Below are positions 10,461 through 33,459 of a stretch of DNA of 64,000 nt, one piece after another. How positions within the stretch are numbered: the stretch's first letter is position 1; every line of letters begins with the position of its first letter. The notes beneath the pieces are model-generated. The model saw only the letters and a program-made list of their open reading frames with translations, did not search any database and had not been told where the DNA came from. The stretch comes from Tubiluchus corallicola (Eukaryota; Animalia; Priapulida): positions 1 through 64,000 of the forward strand of contig JAQGDQ010001001.1 of the NCBI GenBank assembly GCA_030141605.1, read 5' to 3'. The translations under genes and the position numbers were made by a program.

Positions 10461-13400
10461 ATGATGGATTTTCTCCACCTCGGCGGTCTTCATCTTATTG
10501 AGACCTTGCAGACGGCATTTAAGGGCAATGAGCACCACATGTTCATTTGGTCAAAAATAGGGGATCCAGCCAACGCTTTTGTGCTGTACTTTCCCATTCT
10601 ATTCTGCATCAGTGCCAAATGGGGAATTAAACTGATGTGGATCACGGCTATAGCGGAATGGCTCAACCTGTGTCTTAAATGGTAAGTCATTTTAAACATT
10701 TTATTTTTATATTTACAGATACTATTGTTCTTAGTTTAGAAATTTCCCTAAAGTTTTTTAAATGGGTGAATACAAATTGCATAAGTTAAATGAATACTGC
10801 AGTGTAAGCAAAAAAGAATTGAAACATTCAAATTTACCTTTTTTCAAATGAAATGCAAGTAAAAAACGACAAGTAAAATATTCACATTGTCACCAAATGT
10901 ACAATAGTCTGCCGCCTGGTGGATTTGTTATACTTATGTATAATTTGTGGATTGTCTTTTCTTTATTGTTCAAAAACTTGTTTTATGTAACATAATATCA
11001 TGTAATTGTTTAACCAGGGTGTTGTATGGAGAGAGACCTTACTGGTACGCAATGGAAGCTAGTCACGTTGCACCTAATATGACTCCAGTTATAGAGCAGT
11101 TCCATATCACGTGTGAAACAGGACCAGGTAAGTTTTACCTATAACTCTTATTTAATTAGGCACTAACATGTCGCGGCTTTTTGAATATGAAATTAATAAA
11201 AAAACTCTATAAACACTTTCGGGGGAAGAAAAGATGGGACCTGCTTCTAAAGTCTTTTATATGCAATGGTGTAAACTGCAAACGTTTAAACTGATTACGC
11301 CAAATTGATAATTGGTTTTTACATTAGCAAAACAGACAATGCATATTTGTATCTTGACGCATTAGACTACAAGTTATTTCAGAGACCACTGGAATATCTT
11401 TACTTCTACATACCAGCACAGTGATTTTGCACAAAGCTTTCTTGGTCATTTAATACAGTTTAGAAACCTTTGGAAATGTTACCAAGCAAGTTGTACTATT
11501 CTAAATTTCTGTTTTTTGTAGTTAGGCCTACTTAGCTAGTAGTGTAAGTATTTACTTCTTGACGCAATTTGAGAAATTTGATTGAGAAAAACAAAATTTA
11601 AGAACGCAATTTGTTGCAAAAACGCGTGTGGCCAGGCAGTACAGTCAATTCTATAAAATCAGCTGTGAGAAAATACGTGGTAATGTGTGTCGTAACGTAC
11701 TCATAACTGAAAAGATCAACCCATAACAAAGAAACATTTTTCTATAAAGGCCACGAGCTGTTTAAGCTTTGTCAACTAAACGTAGAGCTACTGCGTGTAA
11801 CAAAAAAAGATAGCAACAGCACTATCACCTAAAATGAACTTGCTGACTCACAGTATCTGCTTATCAGAAAGTAAATACTGTTTACAAACGCTAACATGAT
11901 GATATCTAGCTGTTACCTATGCCATGTGTATCTAAGTCTGGATGTCTTTGTCCTTGCTTATTAATCAGTACTGGAACAAGCCACAAAACTTGCAAGATAG
12001 TGTTTTTAAAGCAATTACGCAATATGCAAAGTAGATAAACTACAAGCAGCGAATTTAGAAAGTTTCAGATCAGATGATAATAACGTCAATATAAACTGTT
12101 ACAAAACTTTCACAAAAACAAAATTCAGTGTAATAGTGACTATTGATTATTATATAGCTGAATGCAAACTATTGTTCTGTTTCAGGTAGTCCTTCAGGCC
12201 ATGCAATGGTAACCGGGCCAGTATGGTTTATTCTTGTATCAGCTGTTCTGTATAAACTGAAACAATACTTCTGGCAAGATAAGTAAGTATGAATGAAATT
12301 CAACATGATTTGTTAAACGCGTTGAAGTTTTATAATGTGCAGACAAATCATAAAAACTAAGCAAAAATCAATGTGGTATATTGACTTGATTTAATCCTTT
12401 GCATTACGCCCAAAAAATAGTAAAAGTTTATGAAAAGCAACAAATTTCTTAAAAAAATCTTTCCTAGTTGATTAGAGAAAATTTGAAAAATGCACAATAT
12501 CCTAATTGTGTGACATTATTTTTGGAAATGGCCAAATCATGTAACTTAATTTATTTTTGCCATTACAGAGACAAGCACCCAAAATCCTTACTTATCTTCA
12601 TATGGTCAGCATTTTCAATTCTACTAATCTTGGTTTGCGTGTCAAGACTTCACATAGCTGCACATTTCCCTCATCAAGTATTAGCTGGCACAATTTGTGG
12701 TAAGTAAAGACTGTATTTACATCACATTTGTACAACAGTTATGTCAGCAAACTGCTAAAAGTAGCCAAACAATAACAACGTTGAAATAAAATGAAAAATA
12801 AACATGTATCTAATGTTGCAAAATGTTATTTATGAAATATTTTTAAGAAATCCTCATATTTATCAAAACTAAGAAAAAAACTCAAAACATAATGTACCCC
12901 GCAATGATCATAAACAACGTACATGTTACAGGTAATGCACAAAATTTACACAGTTAATAAAATTCTTTGGCATTTCATACAACACCTATGCATTTCAAGA
13001 AAAGTGTCAAATGTTTTTGCTGCATCACCTTCACACTTTACCCCGGGGTTTTTGAATAATAGCTAGGATCTGTATATAACGTGCAAAGTGGCTTTGGCAA
13101 AGCATAAAATCATACTGTATTCATGTTCAACCTGACAATTCCTAGAATATTTACCTAGGAGGCATTATATAAAGTCTTACAAAACGACTTAGTCAATGTA
13201 TTAAATTAAGGAAGCAACTCAAGTAAACTGGAAAGTTAATTGTTTATTGACAATGAATGCATTTCAGCACTTCTGACATACTGCTCAATCAGGTAGACCA
13301 TCCTAGGTATTTAGGAAGCTTGCTCTCCAACAAATGCACTTTTTGAAAAAGATATGGAGAGTCGAATTGGAGTGCTCATGTGACTTTTGGGAAACTTGCA

Positions 13401-14411
13401 AAACAAGTATTTAATAGCAAAGTTCTAAACACAAAATGAAACTCATGATCTATCAAGCTATCTTTATCTTACTTTGCTCTATGCCTGCCAAATTTGGACC
13501 CTCTGTATTGTTTTAATATCAAAAAATTTGAACGTATGCACTATCCATAAAGTAACTGGCATTTTATAAAATGCACAGGGAAATAATATAAGAAAAGTTG
13601 ACCAATTATTTTATTATTACATTACTTAAAATTACATGGTATTCTATAAATGCCTAGGAAAAGCACACTGTTTATCAAAAATGTAAGAATTAAATGCTTT
13701 ACCTAAACATACTTTTGCATTATATGTAATGCCTAGAAAAGTGCAGAGGAAATTATTTTAGACACTTTACATGGTTTATTTTGGCACTATACACAATGAT
13801 ATATATATATATATTCCACATAATACCTGATTTTACTTTGTTTGTAACATATAAATTATATAAAAATCCATTCTTTCATTTCAGGTTTGATTCTGGCTGC
13901 CGGATTCTCAAAATTATCACTGTGTGATATCAAACTTCGAACCTATATTCTTCTCACTATACTCCTGCTGATTGGAGGCTATGTCACTTACTTATCACTA
14001 ATCTACATGGGACTTGATCCACACTGGTCAGTCAAAAAGGCTCTCAAATGGTGCATGAAGACAGACTGGGTACATATGAATACAGTGCCGTTCCACACGT
14101 TAGCCAGACTTAGTGGAGCTTTTCTGGGACTAGGTCTTGGTCTCCGTGCAACAAGATATCTCAGCCCTATCCGCACCAAACATCCCATCGAAGTTAAACT
14201 ACTGTCAGCAATTCTCTCAGTTATGCTGTACAACTATGTGGAAGCAATCAAACTGCCTCTCGATCCTCTGGAACTCTTTTATGTCTTAGCATTTGTGAAA
14301 AATGTGGCACTGCCTTTTGTTGTTGTAGCAATCATTCCTAGCATATCCTGTTCTCTTATTAAAAAATTTCACCATATGCCATATATAAAGTTAAAAATGA
14401 AGAAAGCGTAG
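10461..14411 (+). CDS. G6PC: Glucose-6-phosphatase catalytic subunit (PAP2 family), 361 aa, 5 exons
   Basis: Exons 10461-10681, 11018-11127, 12186-12282, 12569-12699, 13885-14411; all GT-AG and phase-consistent (1086 nt). Motifs KWVLYGERPYW, TCETGPGSPSGHAM, SRLHIAAHFPHQV; C-terminal KMKKA fits a KxKxx ER-retrieval signal. Confidence 0.95.
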
Positions 14412-15826
14412 AAAAAATACTTCCGTGTTATAAAGTTAATCTAAAAATTAAATTGTGTTCATGAAAGTAAGAATAGGCTGCGAATGTATACGATGTGGGT
14501 ACATAGCACAAATGTAATACTATTATAGATGCCTGTTTACCAGAAGTGGAAAAGTAAGTGTCATAGAGATGACTTGGTAAAAAATAGTGTTACTAGCAAA
14601 AACAGTGCTATACCACAATAAGTCACACTAGCTAGTATGTAAGACTAGAAAATACAACTAGTCATACATTTATTTAATATATTGCATAACCACTATTTAA
14701 ACTAACAATAACTAATGATATAAATTTTAAATTTCCACTTAGGCATAAAAACGTGTATATATTATTTAAAATTTATTTTAGTCACTTTAGTAATATTAAT
14801 CATTTTTGACTGATTATTCTTGCACTAAAGCCATGACTAAATAATAAGCATCTTGCTATTTAATTTGTATGGAAAATATTTCATATGCTTCATCATTTTG
14901 TGAATACGGCCTTTTTAGTCTTAGCAACTTTGTATCTATTATATTTAACTGTATTATGTGTATGTGTAACATAAAATATACTCTTTCCACATAATTCTGC
15001 TGTTTGTTTTTTAATTTCAATGTAGAGAAGCAAATACTTCTGACAAAAAAAACTACCAAAGAACTCAAAAAACTATCAGAAATTTATAAAAATAAAGTTT
15101 GAATGGCTCTGGCAATCAATTAATCTGAAATATCCATGGTGGCAAAATTGAAATACAGATCGAGATTGCTAGTCGAGTATACTACGCTATCATAAATGTA
15201 CCTATGCAAGCGCATCTGTGAATGTGATACGGATTACTATCCTGGTGAACAATGCAATTTCTTTTATTAAACGAGACCAACAATGCAGTTGCTAATTGAT
15301 TCATAACATTGCATGCAAATAATTTTTGTCAATTTTGTTGGCGGAAGTACCACTGTTACTAAGATGTTGATATCAAGTATATAAGCCAAGTTCTTTCATT
15401 TTACATCAAAGTAATGTGCATTGGTTGGTTGGTATCAATTACCCACTTTCTTCAGCAGCTAGGTTTCATTTATTCCTGGTAAATTTGGAGAAATGATGGA
15501 CAAGTGAAAATGGAATTTTCTACTTTTCAATCATTAAGTACCTACATTTTTAAAATAAAAACAAACCTTCAAAACCAAAATATGCGTGCCGGTTAAGGTC
15601 ACTGTATAAGTGGTACAAGTATGAATTTATTGGCAAGAAATGAAAAAATAATTTTTTGCTTTAATTAAATGGCATTAATTAAGTATAAAGTCCTTTGACA
15701 AGCAAAGACAGAAAAAGATTAACAAATCTATTTCCTTTCATTATGAATTTATTTTCAATGATTAACGCCAAGTGTCCAATGACGGCAGTTAAATCATGTT
15801 AATCCAACAAATGTTTCCATACGGTT

Positions 15827-24686
<8,860 letters not shown>

Positions 24687-25604
24687 CACGGCAGTGTAAG
24701 GATGTCCAACTAAGGTTTAAAGACTGGAAAAAATTTGAAAACATAAATGTCAATATTATTTACCCATCTAAATTAACAAAACTACATATAACGCACACTA
24801 CTGTAGCTATAGATAAGTACTACATATAACTATATATAAAAACCGCTTGCAACAAAATATCTATGGTACTATAGATTTCGCTTTTTTTCCGTTTAAAGTG
24901 ATTTTACAATTGCTATTTGTACTTCAACATGACTAAAATAATTGCATTCACTGCTGCTCAGTCTCATTCGCAACATTTAATTACAGACTAACACTCTGGG
25001 AAAATCTTGTGGTGTATAGGTCGACCGCTGGCAGAACATTTGAGATTAAAAAACTGCTTCCAGCAAAATTGCTTCAACCTTTTTCTTAAAAGTATACAGG
25101 ATTCTGTCACAGAAGATTGCTCTTAGTGCAGCCATTGTTTCATAGACAGTGCAGGCACTGACTCACAGCACAGACAATAAAACAAAACTAGTGAAAAATC
25201 TGCAGCTCAATATATATATAAAGTACTTTCGCTACATCTGAAGCCAATTAATTAGGTGTATATACAAGATAAAAAATGAAAGCAAGGCAGTTATGCTACC
25301 CCTGAACATGGGGCATGGGACACATGAAGATGCATTTTTATGCAGCTACAGGATACATGTGTGCCTCAAGGTGTGCTTGCAATTTGCAAAGCTTGCTAAA
25401 TTCGTACACTATTAAAATGCATATAATGCAGGGTTAACATGTAACGATGGTAATGGGTTAATTACTGCATTCAGATCATCTGCATTTACGCTTTTGGAGA
25501 TACAACATTCTTTAGAAATTGTTGGTGACATACTTTTATGGCAGCATGAAACACACAAGGCAGTCTACTCGAAATAAAATGAAACATTTTAACATTTTAA
25601 GGCA

Positions 25605-25662
25605 TGGGAGAGAGAGGGAAGAGAGGGCGAGAGAGTGACAGAGTAAAAGGGAGAGTAGAAAG

Positions 25663-25699
<37 letters not shown>

Positions 25700-25762
25700 A
25701 AAGAAAAAAGTCACAGAAAGGGTAAGGTGAGAGAAAGATAGGAAGATAAAGAAAGAGATAGG
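25605..25762. repeat. Purine-rich tract containing a (GA)n microsatellite
   Basis: (GA)n at ~25667-25695 within an almost pure A/G stretch in RPLP0 intron 1. Confidence 0.9.
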
Positions 25763-26394
25763 ATGAAAACGCTTCTGCAAAGTCTTCTGGATGACCTTTC
25801 TGAGTGTTAAACTTTCAAAAACTTTCATAAAAAAAGGTTGGCTTCCTAAAGCATAGCTATCTTGAAGCCCTCAATCTCTCCTTAAAAAGGTTTAAAGACA
25901 GAATGGCAACTAACACACCAAGAATGCTTGACATCACACAGCTCACACTTTGCACGTTGTCTATAAAAATTGCTAGCACAATTTTAATTAATTTTCACAA
26001 TTTTTTGCACAGATCACAAACATTATTTTACGTACGGTCACATAACTTGTAAGACTTAGTGACTAAAGGTGCTATTTCAAATTCCGTAACATTTACTAAT
26101 GTATTAGTTAGACACACTACGCAGAACTTTTTGCTTTCTGTTTCAAACCGACATTTTATATTATGGGCCTACTTTTACAGTGTAATACGCTTAGGTTACA
26201 CCACCACGGCGCAAGAATGGTGCAAGGCCCAATAAAGCGAAAAGATCAACAAAAATAGGCAACCGGTATACTTATAAAACGATTACAAATCTTAACCACA
26301 CATACATTATTAAGTTTTGATTAATAATCAACAACAACTTTTACTATAACGTATACGATAAGGTATTAAAATGTTAAGAAATCACACAACATAC

Positions 26395-26434
26395 CAATTT
26401 TCTCTCTTTCGAGCCAAAGCTACAACGTGAAAGG
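26395..26434 (-). promoter_or_regulatory. Putative RPLP0 non-coding exon 1 starting at a TCT/5'TOP pyrimidine initiator
   Basis: - strand reads CCTTTCACGTTG...AAATTG|GTATGT; acceptor ttccag just before 24723, upstream of the ATG. Polypyrimidine starts are typical of ribosomal protein genes. Confidence 0.6.
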
Positions 26435-27837
26435 TTAATCAAATAGATGGCACCAGTCATGCTACGCGAAATGCGCGCGCAACATGTACTGTTAGTGTTC
26501 CGGATGAAAGTTGCTGAAAACATAGGAAGTAAAAATTTTAATTCTTTTTTAACAAAATTTAATAATTAACTTCGCTTCAAATTAATAAATGGGTATTGAG
26601 AGTAACTGACACGATCGCGTAATTGTAGTACCTTACAGGAATCAAGCGCCAAGTTTCCCGACGCATTGGCAAGAAGATGAAGCACCAAGTTTTAAGTTTA
26701 AGGTTGATGACGACTGTCTTCCATTGTCTTTCATACAGTCTAAGTAAGGAATACCATTTGCTCGTTAGAGGACAAACGTGAGAGGCGTCCTATGAGCGTT
26801 TTTTTACTTGGCTGGTCCCCATCTACATAATAAATTTTAACCTGCATACCGCGCCACATTAATCTATGTCCGCAACGCATAATAGACCAGGTACCAAGAG
26901 GGTAGAACTTAGCTGGAAAGGTAAACGATCGCTCGACATGTTTAGACAGAGGTACTGGAAACAACTGAAGATATCTAAATATATATATACATAGATAGGT
27001 AGATATGTTTGTATTGTTTTTGGAAGCTTTTTTCGAAGACTTGAAGCAAAACCAGACCCAATCTTAAGCTGTAGTGTTGGCCAAAGCAACCTATTCTTTA
27101 AAATATTGATAGGAAACTTACTATTTTTTCGAAAGATTTACCTGAAAGAATTATTACTACACAAACGCAATTTCGTGTTCACGCCACTAGTTCCTCGCTG
27201 TTACGTGCATTTTGCTATTTGCTAGATAAACGGGCACTAGCACCTGCATTTCGAAAATGCTTTGCACAAAAAACAGGTGCTGTACATCTCAGTCCAGACG
27301 TGTTCGTTTTGTGACGAACTGCACGTGTTCTTCAGTTGACGCGTGAACACAGCAGTATATTGAATTTTTATCTTAAAACTTGCCTAGTTTTAGTACAACA
27401 CACAGAATTTCTTACAGTAGTACAGTACATACATCAATTTTTGTTTTTGCAAACACGTGCAACACACTTGTGGAATATTTTTGGAGTTGAAAGTAATGTT
27501 CATCTGTGATGTGATCAGTAGTTAGGCTCACCCGCCGTTAATTAAGATTTTGATCTATTATTTAGTTATCAGAATTGCTTTTGCGGTATCAATTGTATTG
27601 AAATGTATACTCTTTATCGGGATAGAAAAAGGGCAGTATATGAAAAATCATCCTGTCTTCCTTTAATGTTGTTTCATGATTTCGTTTCAACCAGTAAAAG
27701 CTGGATTCGAATACACATATATTTTTATATATTCTTTGATTCAAAGGCAAAACAAACATGATAGAAGTGTTTGTAATTGTCCACAAAGAACCATGACAAT
27801 ATTATTATTATAAAAAAAATCGTATCAAACAGAAATG

Positions 27838-28168
27838 TAGACTGCGCATTACTTGCGCCATCAGATCAAACATATGCTTTACAGAGCAACATATGGCCAT
27901 AATATGGATATATGGTGCACAACCAATTCCCTAAGAGAGGTTGTGTCTTCCTTAGGCTCTGGATGGTTTATGAATGATGGATCACTAGTGGTCTAACACT
28001 ATACCAGAAATTTCTTATAATCTATTCACTAAAAGCAAAATGGTAACAACAAGAAAATGAAGACACCAAATTAGATTAATCATGGAGTGTACATGATGAT
28101 GACGACGATGAGAAAGAGGATGACAAAGATGATATTGAAAATAATGAAAATGAAGAAGACAAATACTA
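27838..28168 (+). pseudogene. Possible DNA-transposon ORF relic with acidic tail
   Basis: Broken translation VDCALLAPS...RAT.MAIIW...P...LGSGWFMNDGSL followed by DDDDDEKEDDKDDIENNENEEDKY*. Resembles the LPP..RA.Y.A.IW..P..GW C-terminal motif of widespread invertebrate transposon ORFs; family unassigned. Confidence 0.3.
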
Positions 28169-30537
28169 ACAAGCTGAGATGTAAATCCAGCCTAAAATAA
28201 GAGTTTCCTATATTTCAGGAGTGAGGTTCAGGGCCTCCTGGTAGAGACCCACCACCATAACTTTCTGGAAATATTTACTTTAGCCTGCTGACAAATTAAG
28301 ACCAATTCCAAATAGTAACTTTGTGGACTAATCTAGCTTAATATAAGACTGCCCCAAAGTTGGTTGTTTCTAGTAACTGTGCGAGCTCGTTTAGCATAAG
28401 ATGGGGATTCCGTTTCCCCCTTCTGCTGGGGACCCGCCACCAATGAAATCGTTTGGCTCTCAAACCATTTGGACCAGCTTTTTCCAACTGCAGCTTATTA
28501 AAGCCCTTAACATTTAAAGGTGATGTAGCTCATTTTTAGGCGATGCCAAATGCCCCTCACCTATAAGCTGCCAGAAGCCTTAGAGGGAGACTCTGACTAC
28601 TTTTAAAATGGGTAACCTTTCCAGCTAGACTACCCTCTGGGCTCCCAGACTAAAATATCAGCAATGGAGATTTAAAATCTGTGATAATCCACATTTTTTC
28701 AATTTAAATTAATTTATTATGCAAAATAAATGTATATACATTTATATCAAAAAGCATGTAAAAGCAAATTTGTGATTCATCCAAAGTTAAGATTAAAAAA
28801 TTTTGCAAAGTGCTGGAGACTTATGAAGCAGGCTGATATTAGGCCACCAGAATTAATAGTAAAAATTGTTTATTAATAACATTAACTGATAACAAAAAAA
28901 GGAAAAACTTAATTGTTTTCATTTTATTGCTTGCTATTTTGTTCTTAGCTGTCTGAGAAATCTGCAAAAAAATCTGTGTGTAATCAGTAGTAGTAAATCT
29001 GTGCCATTCTTAAATAATTATCCATTTACAATCTGCAAAAGTCTGCTGACCTCCACAAAAAAATCTCGGGATTTTGACTCCACTCACTTTTGATAGACTA
29101 CTGCACATAATTTCAACATGGCAAAATGCACATCGCAAAATTCAACTTTTTTTCTAAACATATTTTTATTTAGTTATAACCTTTGGTATACAGTTATACC
29201 TAAACTGATTAAAAATACCTTACGCTGTATTGCAAAAGAAATAGAATAACAAAATATGGTGCATGGCTATAAGTCTTAGTAATGTTTAAATAAATATTGA
29301 TGTTAAATTAGTAATTCAACTTTTTTTAGACAATAAACCAATAAGAACGCAAATTCTAATCAAAATTTACAACTCTAGTTGGCCGCGATCTGCTTCTTCA
29401 GGACTGCACCATTCAAAATAGGTCTTATGAGACCTATGACTTTTCTGCTACTGTATGAGCACAGACATAACTCAATGATCACAAATTAGGTACCGTTCTA
29501 TTCAGTAAAATCTCTGCTCTCCCATCATTATGTTTGTTTAAACATTTGTAAGTGATTTAATTGGATAACATTAAAAAACGACGTTTCTAGGACTCCAACT
29601 AGGCCTACTGTGTAGCTTAGTCTGGTGTACACTTGTGTGATTGTACACACTATTTGCTTGCTACAGCCCAAGAGAACCTTCTAGTGTACAGATTTCCAGG
29701 AAAAGCCAACTGATCAACCCAGGAGAAATTTAGGTCATTTCGTCTTTTAACTGGAGTTTCTTAAAAATAGAGTAGACTTGAGGCCAAAGTGTATCAGAGT
29801 GTTGTGTCTGGATAATTAAAATTTTCTGCATTAGCCATTTTCACACAAGATGCTGTATGTTATCGTGGTACAAGGTCTGCAGTTACTAAAAGGTTTTTTC
29901 AGTTTTTTGTCAAAATTCGATTTTTAATTTGCTTAACAAAAGCAAATGCATTTCATATATAATTTTCCATGGAAGGTCATTGTGTGAGGAGTAGGTATCT
30001 ACAAAAATTATCAGACAGAATGTAATCTCTGCTTAGTGAGAGCAGTTTTTCATGAACCCGTGCAAAATGCAGCAAACGCTTATGATCGTGAAGGAGTTAA
30101 ACTGATTTATGAAGACTACTTTGCATTTTTCTTACCGAACCTGAATCGGATTCGAGCAGTTAACCGTCTCGGATTCGAATCAAAGCTCTTATTCGGATTT
30201 GGAATCAGATATTCCAGTATAGCGAAGCTTCATCCCATTCCTAGGCAATGGTTAATACTGACATAAGCAACATTAGTATTAGTTAATGAATGTCTTTCAT
30301 GTAGTTTGGTTCCTTGTTCAAAACAAGAATAGCTTTGCAGTTTTTTTAATGAGTTGACACCTTTGCATTGCTTTATAGTAGGCTAGCTAGCAGGAGATAA
30401 TTTGTAAGAGTTTGCATATTTATTTGTATCAAGCATAATCTATCGACCTTAATTATTCAAAGAGTTTAAAAGGACTCATTGTTTATTTGTACAAATGTAA
30501 ATATTCTGTTAATTAAATTGGTCAGGTTTCATGTGAT

Positions 30538-33459
30538 ATGGCTCGAGGTCAGCAAAAGATTCAGTCTCAACAGAAAGCAGCAGAAAAAGCAGCAAAACTA
30601 AAGAAACAACAAGGTCACGATCAAAAAGCAGCAGCTGCAAAGGCTTTGCTCCATGTCTGTACAATATGCAAGGTTTGTACTGACTGTAAATAAACTTTAA
30701 ACTGGCATTTACAAAATGCATATTAACTGATTTATATTAGAGTAATTTCCAGTATAATTAAGATTTTGTAATAGCCATATCTTCTTGATTTTTATACAGT
30801 TATTTCTTTATTTATTTTTCTCCATAAACATATTTTGCTTAATAATCATTAGCTTTGCACGCATGTGTCACAGAACACACGGGTAAAGCTGGCAAAACAG
30901 TACGGTGCGGAAAAGAAACTCTTAAATTACAGTACAGTATTTTTTCAACAGTGTGGTATGGTAGGAAATTATGGTATTTTTTCATACCTTTCCTGTACCA
31001 TTGTACTCAGCTTCTTGTAATGTTTTGATTGGTCAACAACTCAGCAGGCGATTTGTTTTACCTCTTGGATGGGCTTATTGTTCATTTAATTGGTTCATTT
31101 TGAGTGCAAAAGCGGCAAGTTGTTTACAAGCACCGGTTATCAATTCCCATAAATTACCTTACCTTTATTGTTGTTTGTGTACAAGCTGGGCATATTACTT
31201 ACCAAGTTTGACACCTATTCTTGTAACATCACTGCTCTAACTGCTATTTCTGTGAATTGTGTAGGAATGTACTGTCGTGCATGGAAAAAATGGCAAGGTA
31301 AAAACTGCATCTTTTTCCTTTGCCGTTTTACTACATTCGTTCTTGTTTTAAAAAATCTGCATAGCTTGAGTGCAACATCTGAGTTAAAGATTTACTTTGC
31401 CAAGGAAAGAAATTCGAGACGTACCTAACAGGTTTACCCGCGTAGCCTGTGTGGTATACATAGTCACGAATGTTTTAGGAAAGACACTAGATTAAAATCA
31501 TCATTAAAAATTTGGCACTAGTGAGCACATACTTTAAAGACAACCATGAAAAACTAGTTAATAAATGTAACTCGCTGTGTCTGCCACGAAATTATTTGTT
31601 AAGAAAAAGTGACTCAAAATAAATTTATATCTTGTGCTTAATTTTGTGTAACTTTTGTAAACTAAAATCATAGTATGGAAATTTTCATAACAATAATTAA
31701 TAAACTTATCATTTTTACGATTAGTTTTTATGCCAATTATGATATTTGTTTTATCTTTTTGTAGTAGATCCTACATGTAGGTATAGTACAGAATTACACT
31801 ATAGTGTTTTTTAAAGGTACAAAGTACGGTATTTCTTCCATACTGTACCATACTGCCAGCCTTGCTCACAGGTGGGTATCCTGAGCTGCGGAAGGGCAGC
31901 AGTGGCCAAACCTTTGATCTCTGGTCAAAGAGTCAGTGGGTGTTATTTCATTTTCTATTACTCGCATTTCCTCCTAGGGCTTTTGCTTTTCTTTAATTTG
32001 TTTTCACAAGTATTTAGGCATTATGGTGTGGATATGCACCTGGGGGTTTAAAAAGCTTAAGCCAGAAAACTGGGGCATATCAATGACTCCCATAAGCATA
32101 AGAGCTAGAATCGCTAAACTTGCTGGGGAGACACCTGAGATCTAACTGCTCAGAGAATGGTATAGGAAAGGTTTCCTCTGAACCAAAGGTCACAGTGACT
32201 GGAAGCAGTGTTTGTCACTCAGCTCCTCTTACAGTATTGGACTGGGACAGGTTTTTGAATGTATGGGTAGCCACATAAGGATATGTGTGCACTAAGTATT
32301 TATCAGAAAGTGGGCATGGCCAGGTCACATGACATTGGCAAAAGTGCTAAAACAGGTTTTTGTTAATAACCGAAAAGTGAACGAGCTGGAATTACTAAAC
32401 TTCCAGGGCAGGTACCGGCTCAGACAACAGAATACTGAACATTGAAAGGGTCAAACTTAGTAAATATATATCAGTTTTTCGTTTGGCTTTCTTCTCATAC
32501 TATTTTTGAGCTAGAGCCACAATTTTTGGTATGTGACTAGATGGGCCCAAGTTCTTATGCATGGCTGAATATAGGCCTTTTAGACAGTGAAAAATTTTTT
32601 TGCTAGGTGTCAAAAACTGAAAATGGGTGGATTACCACAGTTGATTTTAAAGTCTTGAAGAATAGTGAAGAATTGTCAAATGAAAGGTTTCAATGAGCCA
32701 CCATTGAAAGGTATAAGTTACGCCGAGGGGCAAAATATGGGTCAAGATGATGATTGCCTTCCATTGTCGACCGAAACTAGCTCGTAGCATATCAAATGAA
32801 AGGTCTCAATGAAATGCATTGAATGGTATAAGTTGGCAAGTGATTGGCTTTCCTTTCACACATGCAGTTCACAGGTTGAAAAAGTACACAAGTTGAGATT
32901 TCATTTAGTGCAGTTCCTAGGTAATGAAAAAATGCAAATTCAATAAAATCAAAATTATAGCTTTCGAACAAAACGCTGACATATTTTCAAGGCCTAATTC
33001 TGTAACTATTGTTTGCAACGTCTTCAGTCTCTGACCATGTTAGAAACATTGTCAACTAGTTATTATTGGATGTATTGTAAGATGCGATGTAACTTCATTC
33101 ATAGAAAAAGAATGTACATGTTCTTTTCAGTTAATACTAAAAGATGTAGATTTTAAGTAACACACGAACACATTAATGATAGCTACATTGCAATAAGGGT
33201 GGTAGACTTGCTGCTTGAACAGTTAACATTGAATTTGAATTTTGTGAAAAAAATAACAAATATTACCGAACATTCAACTATTTGACAGGCACCCAAATAC
33301 TTGTCTTCTTAGTAGACTTTGTACGGTGCAGATGCCTTTAATATTGTGCTTTATTACAATTTCTTGCAGTCACAAATGCCTGATTTAAAAACGTACAAAC
33401 AACACTTCGAAAATAAACATCCGAAAAGTGCCTTACCGGAAGATTTGAAAGAGATTTGA
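30538..33459 (+). CDS. ZNF706: Zinc finger protein 706 (4F5/SERF-like N-terminus plus C2H2), 74 aa, 2 coding exons
   Basis: Exons 30538-30672 (MARGQQKIQSQQKAAEKAAKLKKQQGHDQKAAAAKALLHVCTICK) and 33370-33459 (SQMPDLKTYKQHFENKHPKSALPEDLKEI*); GT-AG, phase 0. Not in the ORF track. Confidence 0.95.
30884..31864. mobile_element. hAT-type non-autonomous element in ZNF706 intron
   Basis: TIRs taaagctggca / tgccagccttg with similar subterminal sequence; flanking 8-mers cacacggg / ctcacagg (6/8) fit a decayed 8-bp TSD. Confidence 0.6.
31955..32920 (+). mobile_element. Helitron/Helentron-like repeat in ZNF706 intron
   Basis: Two tcaaatgaaagg..tcaatga...ggtataagtt blocks (~32677, ~32792) match the atatcaaacgaaaggtctc motif in the Helitron near 38605-38625. 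Boundaries approximate. Confidence 0.35.
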
